Virus record (IMG/VR): IMGVR_UViG_3300036817_000176
Location: 1 to 64,000 of that record
DNA from: a virus
Length of the DNA: 64,000 bases
Direction: 5' to 3' (one strand)
In this document: positions 7,501 through 16,938 of the stretch, one piece after another
Numbering within the stretch: the first letter of the stretch is position 1
Layout of the letters: each line of letters opens with the position of its first letter
Made by a program: the position numbers and the translations under genes
Notes under the pieces: model-generated
The model's database searches: none
What the model saw: only the letters and a program-made list of their open reading frames with translations
Told to the model about the DNA's origin: nothing

Positions 7501-8880
7501 GTGAGTGAGTTGAACGCAGCCCCCGAGAACAACAACGTCCCGACCATTGACGGGATCTCCGACATCATCAACGCCATGTTTACCAACGTGCAGTTCGCCG
7601 GTAAGCGTATCAGCGGTGATGACCTTTCCCGTGCCGCGCTGTCGGGTATCGAGTCCCAGTTAAACCTGCTGGCCGCGGAAATTAACGCGCTTTTCAATCA
7701 TGGCGTGGATGAGTACAACGACCTTGGCGATCGGTTCGTCCAGCTAGAAACCACCCACGGCCTCACGTTAGCCGCCCTGCGCAGCGCAAACGCGCAGCAG
7801 GAGCAGCACGAAGCCCAGATCGCCGAAATGCGCGACGGTTGTGAGCAGATTGTCCGCGATGAGCAGCGCCGCGCCCAGACCGCCATTAACGCCGCCGAAC
7901 AGGCTGCCCAGAAGTGGGAAACCGCCTACAGCGCCCAGAAGAGCCAGCACGCGTCCCTGCTGGCCACCGTCTCTACCCAGAACAGTGAGCTGCGCGCCCT
8001 GAAAGCGATGGAGCCGGAGAAGCTGAAGAAAAAATACTTCGAAGAGAAGCAGAAAAACCGCGAGCTGTCTGACTCGAACCGGGACCTGCAGACAAAGCAT
8101 AACCAGCTAGCCAGCACCATGTTATCCCTCAAGAAATACACGGCCGATATCGAGGCCCGCAATGCGGTGCTGAGCGAGGACATGACCCGCTATCGTGAGC
8201 ATATGAATCTGAACGACGGCGATCACTGCGTTAAGGGCATGAAATTTTCCAGCCCGGTTAACCCGGACATCATCTTTTATCCGCACCTGTTCCACTGGTC
8301 GCCCTGGGTATCCCAGTCGATGACCGGCAAGCATGACGGCATCCGCTTCATCAACAACCTCGACTTCCACCTGCAGATCCAGAACACAATCGGCCTGGGC
8401 ACTTCCTACAAGGTCAGCGAGTGGGGGATGCCGGTCGGCATGATCCCGAAAGAGCTGGAAGAGCACTGGCCAGCCGGTATTGACCAGTTCATGGATGATT
8501 TTGTCCTCGAGCAAATCGACATCCTCAATTCGCACCTGGCCGAACGTTGCCGCTGGGCGCGCAGTATTCACGTTTCCGAACTGACCGACCTCCCGGCGAA
8601 GATCCGCAATGTGCTGGTGGATAACGGCGTGACAACGCTGGCCCACCTCGGCAGCACCTACGCCCACCAGCTGGCGAAGTACCGCGGCATTGGTGACGAA
8701 ACGATTAAAACCATCATGAACCTGTGCCGTCGCATGATGAACGAGTGGAACAAAGAGCACGGCGAACCTGAAATTGAACGAAAGCGCCCGGAAGTGAAAC
8801 AGAAGGAGCTGAACAGCCGCATTAAGGCGCTGACGGTCGAAAACCTCAAATCTCTGAACGAAAAATTCCGGGCCGCGTAA
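7501..8880 (+). CDS. pmgS: P1 PmgS-like coiled-coil protein with C-terminal HhH/alphaCTD-like domain
   Basis: RISGDDL, MEPEKLKK, FYPHL, LDF, EWGMP and WNKEHG match recalled P1 PmgS segments. Confidence 0.65.
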   Translation: MSELNAAPENNNVPTIDGISDIINAMFTNVQFAGKRISGDDLSRAALSGIESQLNLLAAEINALFNHGVDEYNDLGDRFVQLETTHGLTLAALRSANAQQEQHEAQIAEMRDGCEQIVRDEQRRAQTAINAAEQAAQKWETAYSAQKSQHASLLATVSTQNSELRALKAMEPEKLKKKYFEEKQKNRELSDSNRDLQTKHNQLASTMLSLKKYTADIEARNAVLSEDMTRYREHMNLNDGDHCVKGMKFSSPVNPDIIFYPHLFHWSPWVSQSMTGKHDGIRFINNLDFHLQIQNTIGLGTSYKVSEWGMPVGMIPKELEEHWPAGIDQFMDDFVLEQIDILNSHLAERCRWARSIHVSELTDLPAKIRNVLVDNGVTTLAHLGSTYAHQLAKYRGIGDETIKTIMNLCRRMMNEWNKEHGEPEIERKRPEVKQKELNSRIKALTVENLKSLNEKFRAA

Positions 8881-8925
8881 CGGCCAGCACACACCGAATA
8901 CTGAGCATCATCAAGGAGCAAACGA

Positions 8926-9411
8926 ATGAAAGCATACCGTATTAACCAGACAGCGCTGGTGGGCGCCATCGTGAAAGAGCTGGGCCGCCAGCACCCGGGC
9001 CTGCCTGCGGACAACCGCATGAGCAAGGTGGTCGAGGCCGCCAACCTGATATGCGCCGAGTTCGAACGCGAGCCAGTGGCCAGCCTCCCGGCTGTGGGCT
9101 TTCCCGCCTGGCTCGGCAGTGACGACACCGGCGCCAGCAGTCTGTTCATGGCTTCCGTACTTTCCCATCGGCAGATCCACGCCGAGAGGGCCTACCCGCA
9201 CGACCCGGATGACCTGGGGCGCTGCATTCGCTTGCTGGGAGCCGTGCCGGAATTTGCCGATCGCCTGCACCTGATGAGTTCGCAGGGGCCGCAATGGGCT
9301 GTAGTCGTGGCGAACTGGGAGCAATGGACCCGGATGTATAACGACGAGAATGACGACGGCAGCGAGCTGTATGACGCCATGCAGGCGGCCTATGCGGGGG
9401 TGGTAGCCTGA
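8926..9411 (+). CDS. hypothetical phage protein
   Basis: AAGGAG RBS; WLGSDDTGASS and PHDPDDLGRC motifs. Confidence 0.75.
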   Translation: MKAYRINQTALVGAIVKELGRQHPGLPADNRMSKVVEAANLICAEFEREPVASLPAVGFPAWLGSDDTGASSLFMASVLSHRQIHAERAYPHDPDDLGRCIRLLGAVPEFADRLHLMSSQGPQWAVVVANWEQWTRMYNDENDDGSELYDAMQAAYAGVVA

Positions 9412-9722
9412 TGAGCAACGTGATCACCAAAGAGCTGCATATCGACATGCCTGACGACAGCACATGGGCGGTTCCCGTCACGCTTATCGCCACGCACCGC
9501 GCCGAGCATTACGCCCAGAATTACGGCGGCGATGTCCAGCGCAGCCTGGCCGAAGACACCCTCCCGTTGTTCCGTGCGGATGATTTCGCCATCGAGGACT
9601 GGGCCGCCAACAACATGAACTGGGACGACGTTAAGCACGCCGCCCGCTGCGTGCTGCAGGGTAGCGTGGACTACGACGAAGGCTGGGCCAACGGCGAAAA
9701 GCGTGTGGAGGAGGCGGAGTGA
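9411..9722 (+). CDS. hypothetical phage protein
   Basis: Coupled ORF; WAANNMNWDDV motif. Confidence 0.7.
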   Translation: MSNVITKELHIDMPDDSTWAVPVTLIATHRAEHYAQNYGGDVQRSLAEDTLPLFRADDFAIEDWAANNMNWDDVKHAARCVLQGSVDYDEGWANGEKRVEEAE

Positions 9723-10039
9723 GCCTCTTTCAGTGTGAGAACTGCGGCTGCTGTGAAAATACCGCGCTGTCCTCGCAGGGCTTTAAAGGTCCGTTTGCGG
9801 ACTTTTTCGACTGGAGCTACGCCCCGGAACGCCGGGGCAAGTTGCTGTGCTCGGCCTGCGGGCCGGTGATGTTCGCCAGCGGCGAGGCGACCGAATACGG
9901 CAGGTGGCATAACCGGTTCCCGCGCACCTTCCTGCCCAAAGGGCAGTTTGTCACGAACAGCGTCGGCAACCTCGCGCACCGTGAAACCGGCGATGAGGAC
10001 TACACGAAATATGCGCGGAGGGGCGCCCGGTATGGTTAA
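9719..10039 (+). CDS. Cys-rich hypothetical phage protein
   Basis: CENCGCCENT and CSAC motifs; GGAGG RBS. Confidence 0.7.
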   Translation: MSLFQCENCGCCENTALSSQGFKGPFADFFDWSYAPERRGKLLCSACGPVMFASGEATEYGRWHNRFPRTFLPKGQFVTNSVGNLAHRETGDEDYTKYARRGARYG

Positions 10040-10277
10040 CGGTAGCTACGTGCTGTATCTGACCTGCGATTGTCGCTACTGCGCAGGGCTGAAGGAGCTG
10101 GCCTCCTCGATCGGCGACGAGTTAAAGGTCAAACCGGTGCTGGGCGTGTTTGAAGGTACTTCCCGCTGTGCGGCACAAGACAAGGCAAGGGCGGCGGGCT
10201 GGCGGATAAGCAGAGGTTGTAAGCGCGCCACGGCGCCGAAACATCAACTTCAGAGGAGTGGAGGCAGTAATGGCTAA
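10032..10277 (+). CDS. hypothetical protein
   Basis: Fills the operon gap; LYLTCDC..ARAAGWRIS. Confidence 0.55.
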   Translation: MVNGSYVLYLTCDCRYCAGLKELASSIGDELKVKPVLGVFEGTSRCAAQDKARAAGWRISRGCKRATAPKHQLQRSGGSNG

Positions 10278-10470
10278 ATCACCGATGAAATACATGGTGC
10301 GGGCGTGGAACAAGGAGCTGAAAAAGCCGCTGTGGAACATGGGCAACCGCAAGCACCGTAAAGCCTGCGCCCGCTCCTGGGCGGCCACCAGCATCGAGCT
10401 GGATAAAGACATCGCCGATCAGGATGCCGCCAACGATCGGCTGGCAGAAGAGCTGACGTACTGGAACTAA
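10270..10470 (+). CDS. hypothetical protein
   Basis: GGAGG RBS before ATG at 10270. Confidence 0.65.
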   Translation: MAKSPMKYMVRAWNKELKKPLWNMGNRKHRKACARSWAATSIELDKDIADQDAANDRLAEELTYWN

Positions 10471-10570
10471 CTGTAAAGCCCCACCAGCCAGCGTTGCTGG
10501 TGGGCCACTGAGAACATTTTAAGCCCGGTTCGGCGGTGCCCCGGGTTAATCGAGCGATTGAGGACAGACC

Positions 10571-11479
10571 ATGGACTTTGCAAACCAATTCAACGAAGCA
10601 GCGCAGCAAGCTGTATTAAGTGCCGTCCGGAGCGGCGCATGGGTAAAGCACCGCTGGATAGAGGACCTGATCAAACAGTCGGTACTCGGCCGTATTCCCA
10701 CCGGCGCGATCGCTGCAGCTGCAGCTGAAGTCATCGAGCCCGCACCGCATGGCCATGCCTCCCACCCGGTCGCAGCGCCAACGGTAGTGTTCAGCGGGAA
10801 TGAGGGCTACGCCGTCTATCCAGCTGCACCGGCTGAAGAGCCCGCCGAACCGGCCGCGATCGTTCCAGTCGCCCCGCCCGGGTATATCGTCGTCGGGGAC
10901 GTTGATAGTGCTGTCGAACCGATTGCCCCGCCTGTCGTGACTGAATCAGCCGCCGATTCGTCGATGGCTGAGCTGATGGCGCTCGAGGAGAGCGCCGGGG
11001 CCGTCGTTATGCCTGCTGAGGCCGAACCCGAGCCCGATTCCTTTGTTTCGCGCCGCTTCGATCACGTTGAGGGCTACCCGTATCGCATTCTGGTGCTTGA
11101 TCGTGAGAAGGACCACACCCGCAGCCGTGCGGTCCATTTCAAGCGCGCCCCGACCCAGGCGGAGTTTGACTACGAGTTCCGTGACTTCCAGGCGGGTACC
11201 CACAACATCTACGTTAACCTCTGGATCGAGAGCAGCAATGACTGGGGCACGATCACCACGGACTACGTACCGCACTGGAACAAAGAAAAGCCAAAAGAGA
11301 CGCTCAAGCCGTGCAAAGACTGGCCGGACGGTAAGAATTACCGCGTCAAATTCTGGGACTCACGCGTGCCGGGCTTTAACTACGTCTACTTTGAGCGCAA
11401 GCCGAGCCCGTATGCCGTGAAGCAGTATCACGCCACTAAACACTTCGCCGTGGTTGAGCCGCGCCCGGAAGGCGTTTAA
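10571..11479 (+). CDS. hypothetical protein with Ala/Pro/Glu-rich linker
   Basis: GAGGA RBS; 302-aa ORF. Confidence 0.75.
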   Translation: MDFANQFNEAAQQAVLSAVRSGAWVKHRWIEDLIKQSVLGRIPTGAIAAAAAEVIEPAPHGHASHPVAAPTVVFSGNEGYAVYPAAPAEEPAEPAAIVPVAPPGYIVVGDVDSAVEPIAPPVVTESAADSSMAELMALEESAGAVVMPAEAEPEPDSFVSRRFDHVEGYPYRILVLDREKDHTRSRAVHFKRAPTQAEFDYEFRDFQAGTHNIYVNLWIESSNDWGTITTDYVPHWNKEKPKETLKPCKDWPDGKNYRVKFWDSRVPGFNYVYFERKPSPYAVKQYHATKHFAVVEPRPEGV

Positions 11480-11481
11480 GC

Positions 11482-11775
11482 GTGGCCACCCTGCAGCTGG
11501 CCGTCAAAGGCGAATACTTCGACGCCATGAAGCGTGGCGAAAAGCTCGAGGAATATCGCCTGGTTAACCCGTACTGGAGTAAGCGCCTGATTGGGGCGCT
11601 CACTGGTCTGCCGAGGGCGTTTGACCGGCTGATCATCACGAAGGGTTATCCGAACAGGAACGATGAGAGCCGCCGGATCGATATCCCTTACCGCGGCTTT
11701 GAGATTAAGACCATCACACACCCACATTTTGGCCCGCTGCCGGTGCAGGTGTACGCGATAAAGGTAAAACTATGA
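11482..11775 (+). CDS. ASCH/PUA-like domain protein
   Basis: LQLAVKGEYFDAMKRGEKLEEYR motif. Confidence 0.85.
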   Translation: MATLQLAVKGEYFDAMKRGEKLEEYRLVNPYWSKRLIGALTGLPRAFDRLIITKGYPNRNDESRRIDIPYRGFEIKTITHPHFGPLPVQVYAIKVKL

Positions 11776-12656
11776 CGACTGCAGCATTGAACCAATACGC
11801 CGAACCGGTAATGGGCGTTGCAAAATATCCGTTGCCGCCAGAGCTAAAGATTGTCTGGTACAGCACTCCTGAAGAGGCTTACGGCAAGATGTGGGAACCA
11901 GCCGCCCAGGAAGAGGATATGACTGTGGATGAGCTGGTGGCCGCAAGCGCATTTATGGGTATTGATCAAAATGGTAAGGACATAGAACTCTCCTCGGAAG
12001 ATGCTTTCGCCGGAATGCACGCCCTCGGTTGCTGGGGGTGGGTTGATACCGATCTGAACATCATTCACGCATGGTCAAGTCCAGACGCCGACCCTGCAAT
12101 GGTTATGCACTTTCTGGCACACGAAATTGCACATGCGACCGGCACTGCTGACGATGATGATTTCCAAGAAGAAATGCGCGCAGAGCAATACGGTCATGTT
12201 GCGCGTCTTGCATTCAAATTATTCAGCGATCGCAATCCACGCGCACAACCACCAGCCCCGGTGTTTCGTGATCTCTCCACACCCGTCGATCCACAAATTT
12301 CCGCGTATGAGCTTTTTATGAGCGCCACCCCGCTCACAACGGAAGAGGTAGAGCGCATGGAGCGTATGCGGCTGGCTCTGCAAATAGACCAGTCCGTGTT
12401 TGAGACGATCGGCGAGGCGCACTGCCCGAAACCAGATTCCATCCCGGAGACAGCCACGATCTCTAACATCAATCTGATCTGCCCGCCGGGCGTTAACCAG
12501 ACCGAGTTTGCTGGTGGCTGGAACGACAGCCGTCAATTTGCCCTGACTCACGGGACGGTGCCGCCGGTGATCAAGGGCATTGATGCCCGTGCGCAGGGCT
12601 GGAACGCCTGCAGCGGCCGGATGACCCTTTGTGAGGCTAACCAAAATGGCTGCTGA
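11772..12656 (+). CDS. hypothetical protein with HExxH motif and Eaa/Ead-like C-terminus
   Basis: LAHEIAH; repeated GWN(D/A) motifs. Confidence 0.65.
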   Translation: MTTAALNQYAEPVMGVAKYPLPPELKIVWYSTPEEAYGKMWEPAAQEEDMTVDELVAASAFMGIDQNGKDIELSSEDAFAGMHALGCWGWVDTDLNIIHAWSSPDADPAMVMHFLAHEIAHATGTADDDDFQEEMRAEQYGHVARLAFKLFSDRNPRAQPPAPVFRDLSTPVDPQISAYELFMSATPLTTEEVERMERMRLALQIDQSVFETIGEAHCPKPDSIPETATISNINLICPPGVNQTEFAGGWNDSRQFALTHGTVPPVIKGIDARAQGWNACSGRMTLCEANQNGC

Positions 12657-13044
12657 CAAGGTGCGTAGCAAGGCCGTGTCTGTGCGCACCAGCGCCGTGC
12701 CGTGCGACGGTTGCACCCTGTGCTGTCGTGGTGACGCTATAAGCCTGCGTCCTGAGCTGGGCGACGACGTGAGCCAGTATCAGACTGAGCCTCACTACAA
12801 GCCCGAACTGGCCGCCCAGGGTGTCCGTATGCTGGCGCACAAGGAGGATCTGACGTGCATCTATCTGACAGACGCCGGTTGTTCCATCCACGGCCGCGCG
12901 CCGGTGCTGTGCCGGGAATTTGACTGCCGGGCACTCATGAAGGCGCTGGGGCCGGACAGAGCGGTATGGGCGATAAGGCGCGGAATGCTTAGCCCTGAGA
13001 TTGTACTGAGGGGACACGAACTGATCCCCACGCTGCCAGTGTGA
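12646..13044 (+). CDS. YkgJ/CxxCxxCC cysteine-cluster protein
   Basis: CDGCTLCC, CIYL, CSIHGRAPVLCREFDC. Confidence 0.85.
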   Translation: MAADKVRSKAVSVRTSAVPCDGCTLCCRGDAISLRPELGDDVSQYQTEPHYKPELAAQGVRMLAHKEDLTCIYLTDAGCSIHGRAPVLCREFDCRALMKALGPDRAVWAIRRGMLSPEIVLRGHELIPTLPV

Positions 13045-13099
13045 CGCAGGCCCACGAACCAACCAACTATTAACAATGCAAATCTACCGGGAAGATTAA

Positions 13100-13507
13100 A
13101 TGGATAAGCGTAACAACAACGAAAAACACGAACCCATCCTCAACTTTACCGCCGACCCGGACGCCGTGTCCCGGCTGCACCAGCTGACCATGGAAATGCA
13201 GGATATCTGCCAGGCGCACAACATTCCGATGGTGGTGGGCTTCTGTATCAAGGTGGAGGACGGGCTTCACGGTAATGTGCTGAGTTCCTATATCGACAGC
13301 CGCAAAACCCCGGCCCCTATGAACCTGGTGGGCGCGGTCGAAATGCTCAAGGCGCAAAATGTCCCGGTGGAGCTGGTGGAAATGCTGGAAGCGCGCAACA
13401 ACGGTACTTGTGATTGCGAATCCTGCCGGGCGCGTGCTGAGAGTGAGCACGAAGGCGAGCCAGACAGCGATCTGCGTGGCGCAGCGCCAGGCGTGGTGCT
13501 TCACTGA
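13100..13507 (+). CDS. hypothetical protein
   Basis: ORF with CDCESC motif, in the operon. Confidence 0.65.
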   Translation: MDKRNNNEKHEPILNFTADPDAVSRLHQLTMEMQDICQAHNIPMVVGFCIKVEDGLHGNVLSSYIDSRKTPAPMNLVGAVEMLKAQNVPVELVEMLEARNNGTCDCESCRARAESEHEGEPDSDLRGAAPGVVLH

Positions 13508-13530
13508 TGGGCGGGGAGAAGGTGGAAGCG

Positions 13531-13974
13531 ATGAAGCTGAGTGATGAGCAGGTGACGGAGCTGATGGCCAGCCCCGATCCTTACGTTCGCCTGATGGCCG
13601 GTGAGCTGATGGCCCACCGGATAGACGAACCGGCGACGTGCGGCGAGGTGGCGCTGCTGCGCGAGGAAGCCCAGTACCTCCGTATGCGCTTTAAGGAAAC
13701 GGATCTGCTGTTTGGCAAAATGGTGCTGGCCATGCGTGCGGCCATCATTGAAAGCGAGCACGGCAAGGGTGCTGAGGTCGGTATCGAGTGGCTGATCGAT
13801 GCCCTGGAAGGCCCCGGCGAACTGCCACCAGCCAGCGAGACAGACGCGCGGGCATACTTTGACCGCGAACTGGTGGCTATAGACGCGGCAATGGATGCCT
13901 GTTTCGACTATTTCCAGGCACGACAGAAGAAGATCATCGACGCCCAGCAAGCGGCGCAGGGAGACGTACAATGA
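13531..13974 (+). CDS. hypothetical phage protein (Ead-like)
   Basis: Coupled ORF; the start could be 13507. Confidence 0.65.
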   Translation: MKLSDEQVTELMASPDPYVRLMAGELMAHRIDEPATCGEVALLREEAQYLRMRFKETDLLFGKMVLAMRAAIIESEHGKGAEVGIEWLIDALEGPGELPPASETDARAYFDRELVAIDAAMDACFDYFQARQKKIIDAQQAAQGDVQ

Positions 13975-14507
13975 CAAACGAGAAGATTAAACCGCTGGTG
14001 GATGAGTTCGAAGGCCTGCTGGCAGGCATACAGGCTAAATGCAGTGGCTTTTCAGCGGATAGCCGCGAGCGCATGGTGCGTTTCATCCGTCAGCTCACCA
14101 CTGAATACGCAGATCTGCTGGAGGTGACGCCGCTCGAGGTGCTGGCGGCGGTTGAGAAGGCACGGGACTACTCGGCCCCGAACTACTATCAGCTGGCTAA
14201 TTTCCCTAACCTCGATGGGGTGGCGGTGTTTGCCAGCCTTGGCGCGTTGCAGGCGGCGATCCCCAGCAAACAATTCCGTTGCCCGTGCTGTTTGGGCGTA
14301 TCGAGCGATCCTTACACCTGCAACAGCGGCGAGAAGCAGAAGGATGGGACGATCTGCAACTGGACCAGCTATGGCCTGTTCGGCACGCTGGGTAAGGGGT
14401 TGCGGGTGCTGATAAAAGACGCCTTCCTGACCCAGCCCCGCATACATGAGATTTTCATGCCGCTCGAGCTGGAGACAGATCCCCCGGCTGACGCTACTGC
14501 GGCCTGA
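13971..14507 (+). CDS. hypothetical phage protein
   Basis: NYYQLANFP, FRCPCC and CNWTSYGLFG motifs. Confidence 0.75.
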   Translation: MTNEKIKPLVDEFEGLLAGIQAKCSGFSADSRERMVRFIRQLTTEYADLLEVTPLEVLAAVEKARDYSAPNYYQLANFPNLDGVAVFASLGALQAAIPSKQFRCPCCLGVSSDPYTCNSGEKQKDGTICNWTSYGLFGTLGKGLRVLIKDAFLTQPRIHEIFMPLELETDPPADATAA

Positions 14508-14509
14508 GT

Positions 14510-14534
14510 GAAAGCCTCTGCGGAGGTTTTTTTT
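14510..14534 (+). terminator. intrinsic terminator
   Basis: AAAGCCTC-TGCG-GAGGTTTTTTTT. Confidence 0.75.
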
Positions 14535-14564
14535 CTGCCCGCTGCGGGTTATGAACATCACTGA

Positions 14565-14617
14565 ATAACTAAAAATATAACTAAATATGTTTACACATAA
14601 CTAAATTATGTTATATT
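14565..14617 (+). promoter_or_regulatory. TA operon promoter with three ATAACTAAA repeats (probable operator)
   Basis: Repeats at 14565, 14577 and 14597 around TTTACA...TATATT. Confidence 0.6.
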
Positions 14618-14664
14618 GGACTCATCCCACGAGGGATATGTTCTTTAAAAACATGGAGAGGCAA

Positions 14665-14940
14665 ATGCCTGAAATTGTCTGGACTGGTAAAGCCACCAAA
14701 CAGCTTTCAAAGCTCCCCACCGCTGACGGTGACGCGATAGAGGAGGGAGTCGAAGAACTGCAAAAGTGGCCGAACGTTCCGCACCTGAACGTTAAGAAGC
14801 TGACGGATGACAAGAAAGGGCGGTGGCGGTTGGCAGTAGGCAACTACCGGGTAATCTGGACGGTAATCAAAGGGGAACCCGTGATTATCGAGGTGCTGGA
14901 AGTGCTGAAACGAACCACAACAACCTACAGAAAACGCTAA
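14665..14940 (+). CDS. RelE/HigB family toxin
   Basis: IVWTGKATKQLSKLP..WRLAVGNYRVI; toxin-first gene order. Confidence 0.85.
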   Translation: MPEIVWTGKATKQLSKLPTADGDAIEEGVEELQKWPNVPHLNVKKLTDDKKGRWRLAVGNYRVIWTVIKGEPVIIEVLEVLKRTTTTYRKR

Positions 14941-15021
14941 CAGGAGCGGCGGGGAAACCCGCCGAAACCCTGCCTCTTCATGAATTGCCGGAAACTGAAT
15001 CTCCCTAAGACGAGAGTAATC

Positions 15022-15396
15022 ATGAGCAAAGTACAATACGTGACCGACGAACTGGGCAACCGGATCAGCGCCGTTATTCCCATCAGCCTGTTTAACCGGC
15101 TGGTGGCACAAAGCGATCTCGATGAGCTGTATGAATCTGTAGCCGTTGAAGCGGGCGAGAGCGACGATGAGACGTACCCCCACGAGGTCGTCAAGCTGCA
15201 TCGGAAAGAGGGCGTGCCTATGCACGTCGCATGGCGCATTTTCCGGGGCCTGTCGCAGGAAGACGTGGCCCGTGAGCTGGGCATCACACAATCCGGTGTT
15301 TCGATGATGGAGAAGCGCAAGAAGCCCCAGAAGGCCACTCTGGAGAAGCTGGCGGCGCTGTATAACTGCCGCGTCACACAACTGGTGCTGGAGTAA
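15022..15396 (+). CDS. HigA-like XRE HTH antitoxin
   Basis: AWRIFRGLSQEDVARELGITQSGVSMME. Confidence 0.85.
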   Translation: MSKVQYVTDELGNRISAVIPISLFNRLVAQSDLDELYESVAVEAGESDDETYPHEVVKLHRKEGVPMHVAWRIFRGLSQEDVARELGITQSGVSMMEKRKKPQKATLEKLAALYNCRVTQLVLE

Positions 15397-15402
15397 TCGC
15401 CA

Positions 15403-15903
15403 ATGGCTACGTTTGAGGATGCACAACGTATGCAACGCCTTTACCCTGACACCTTCGCCGCACCTGGCCAGGCCGAACTGGATTCGGTTGAGGCCGGGTC
15501 ATACGTTAAGGTCTGCGTGGAGGGGGAGCGTTTCTGGGTAGCGGTGACGGCGGTTGATGGTGACAGCGTAACGGGACATGTCAGTAACGATTTGCAGCGC
15601 ACTGATGTTCATGGCCTGCGCGACGGGGATGATGTCACCTTTGAGAAGTGCCATATCTATGATGTGCAGGATGACGAGGCCGATCAGCGGCTCGCTGCCA
15701 CACCGTTCCCGCATGAGGAGGGGGAAGCTATGTGTCAGCATATCGCCAGTGAGTTTCATGCGTGGGGCGGGAAGGCCGATCCTGCCGTCGCTGCGGAGCT
15801 GGTGAAAGAGTTCTACGCATGGGTAGCCGAACACCCGGAGATCAGCCCGCCGGGCGTCATGGTCATGCAAATGCGTATTTCGCACCTGTCGCAACGTCAC
15901 TGA
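15403..15903 (+). CDS. hypothetical protein (DUF2314-like N-terminus)
   Basis: GERFWVAV..VTGHVSND motif. Confidence 0.6.
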   Translation: MATFEDAQRMQRLYPDTFAAPGQAELDSVEAGSYVKVCVEGERFWVAVTAVDGDSVTGHVSNDLQRTDVHGLRDGDDVTFEKCHIYDVQDDEADQRLAATPFPHEEGEAMCQHIASEFHAWGGKADPAVAAELVKEFYAWVAEHPEISPPGVMVMQMRISHLSQRH

Positions 15904-15912
15904 GGAGAGAGG

Positions 15913-16146
15913 ATGGATCAGGATATACCGCTCCAGCCGTGGAGCACGGCTTTTGACCCGTCGCAGGAAACCTACATTCACGATGGCGTGTATGCCCGGT
16001 TCGACGGCTATCAGATCTGGATACGCACCGATGGGGGTGACGCTATCGCGCTGGATGACGCCACGCTGGGCTTGTTGCTGCACTACCGTGGACGGGTGGA
16101 GGACGTGCGGAAAAAGGAAGGGAAACCGCCGGAACCGGCGCATTAA
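15913..16146 (+). CDS. hypothetical protein
   Basis: GAGGAG RBS; YIHDGVYARFDGYQIWI. Confidence 0.7.
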   Translation: MDQDIPLQPWSTAFDPSQETYIHDGVYARFDGYQIWIRTDGGDAIALDDATLGLLLHYRGRVEDVRKKEGKPPEPAH

Positions 16147-16155
16147 CCCAATAAG

Positions 16156-16178
16156 AAAGGCGCCTGCGGGCGCCTTTT
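16156..16178. terminator. bidirectional intrinsic terminator
   Basis: AAAGGCGCC-TGCG-GGCGCCTTTT between convergent genes. Confidence 0.85.
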
Positions 16179-16187
16179 GTATTTTTG

Positions 16188-16283
16188 TCAGTCCATGAAC
16201 CGACGGATTTGCTCTAAAAGCTGATGCACCAGTTTAACAATGGCGATCAGTCCTTTCAGAGCGCTGATTACTTTACCAAGCAT
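16188..16283 (-). CDS. DinQ/DqlB-like type I toxin peptide (31 aa; not in the ORF track)
   Basis: GGAGG RBS then MLGKVISALKGLIAIVKLVHQLLEQIRRFMD; the SD is sequestered in hairpin 16289-16315. Confidence 0.8.
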   Translation of the reverse strand: MLGKVISALKGLIAIVKLVHQLLEQIRRFMD

Positions 16284-16509
16284 ACGCACCTCCAATTCTG
16301 AATCTGATTTGGAGGGGGAGCACCGGTGCTTACTCAAGATGGCCTGTAACACCGGTTTTGTTCTCATTAATAGTCAGTTAAAGAGAGCACCCCTACCAGT
16401 TAGAGCACTTCGTACCGGCACCACCCGTTATACAAAGCCAGGACTTTTAGATGTGTTTTGTATCTAAACGTCGTTTGCGGCGACCTAAATAATGACGTAT
16501 CATTTTTGG

Positions 16510-16595
16510 GTCAGTTAAAGAGAGTACCCCTCCCGTTGAGTTACCAGCTCAACCGGAGTCTCAAAAAGACCCGACCTTACCAGTCGGGTTTTTTG
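16510..16595 (+). ncRNA. AgrB-like antitoxin sRNA
   Basis: Promoter TTGCGG-17bp-TATCAT (16475-16503); the first 22 nt are complementary to the toxin leader (16373-16394); internal hairpin and terminator. Confidence 0.8.
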
Positions 16596-16938
16596 CATCT
16601 GGACTTTATTTAACTCTATTAATGGTGAGTATTCTAGTGAGGATTCTTTTCAGTACAAGAGTTGAAATTAAGCACATGTAGCGCTTGTCAGCCTGTAAAA
16701 ATGCGTAAGTCCACGCACCGTGAGGGCTGGACCCTGTATCAAGGTTTGAGAAAAATAAAAAGAAATTTTGATCGGTTGCTGATTTCTTCAACGGGTGGTC
16801 AAAAATGCGCAACAAACCTACGCGCAGCCTTTGGGAAAAACGGATTCTTTGCCGCAAAAATTCAAAAGAAAAGGCCCCTAAAAGGAGCCTAATTTATGCT
16901 GGTGGATCTTCATCTGTGGCACTACCGGGAATAGTGAT

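Noticed and set aside
16373-16531. Two-repeat mini-CRISPR
   Set aside because: Only two 22-nt copies about 115 bp apart, with no cas genes; the repeat is the antitoxin pairing region.
16200-16660. A second ColE1/MRB-like RNA replicon (hairpins with TTACCA loops resemble RNA I)
   Set aside because: There is no similarity to the origin-proximal part of RNA II. The 22-nt repeat, sequestered SD and 31-aa peptide are fully explained by a type I TA locus.
16240-16892. ORF-track entries 16240-16467, 16606-16857 and 16662-16892
   Set aside because: They overlap the TA RNA elements or AT-rich intergenic DNA and lack RBS or family motifs.
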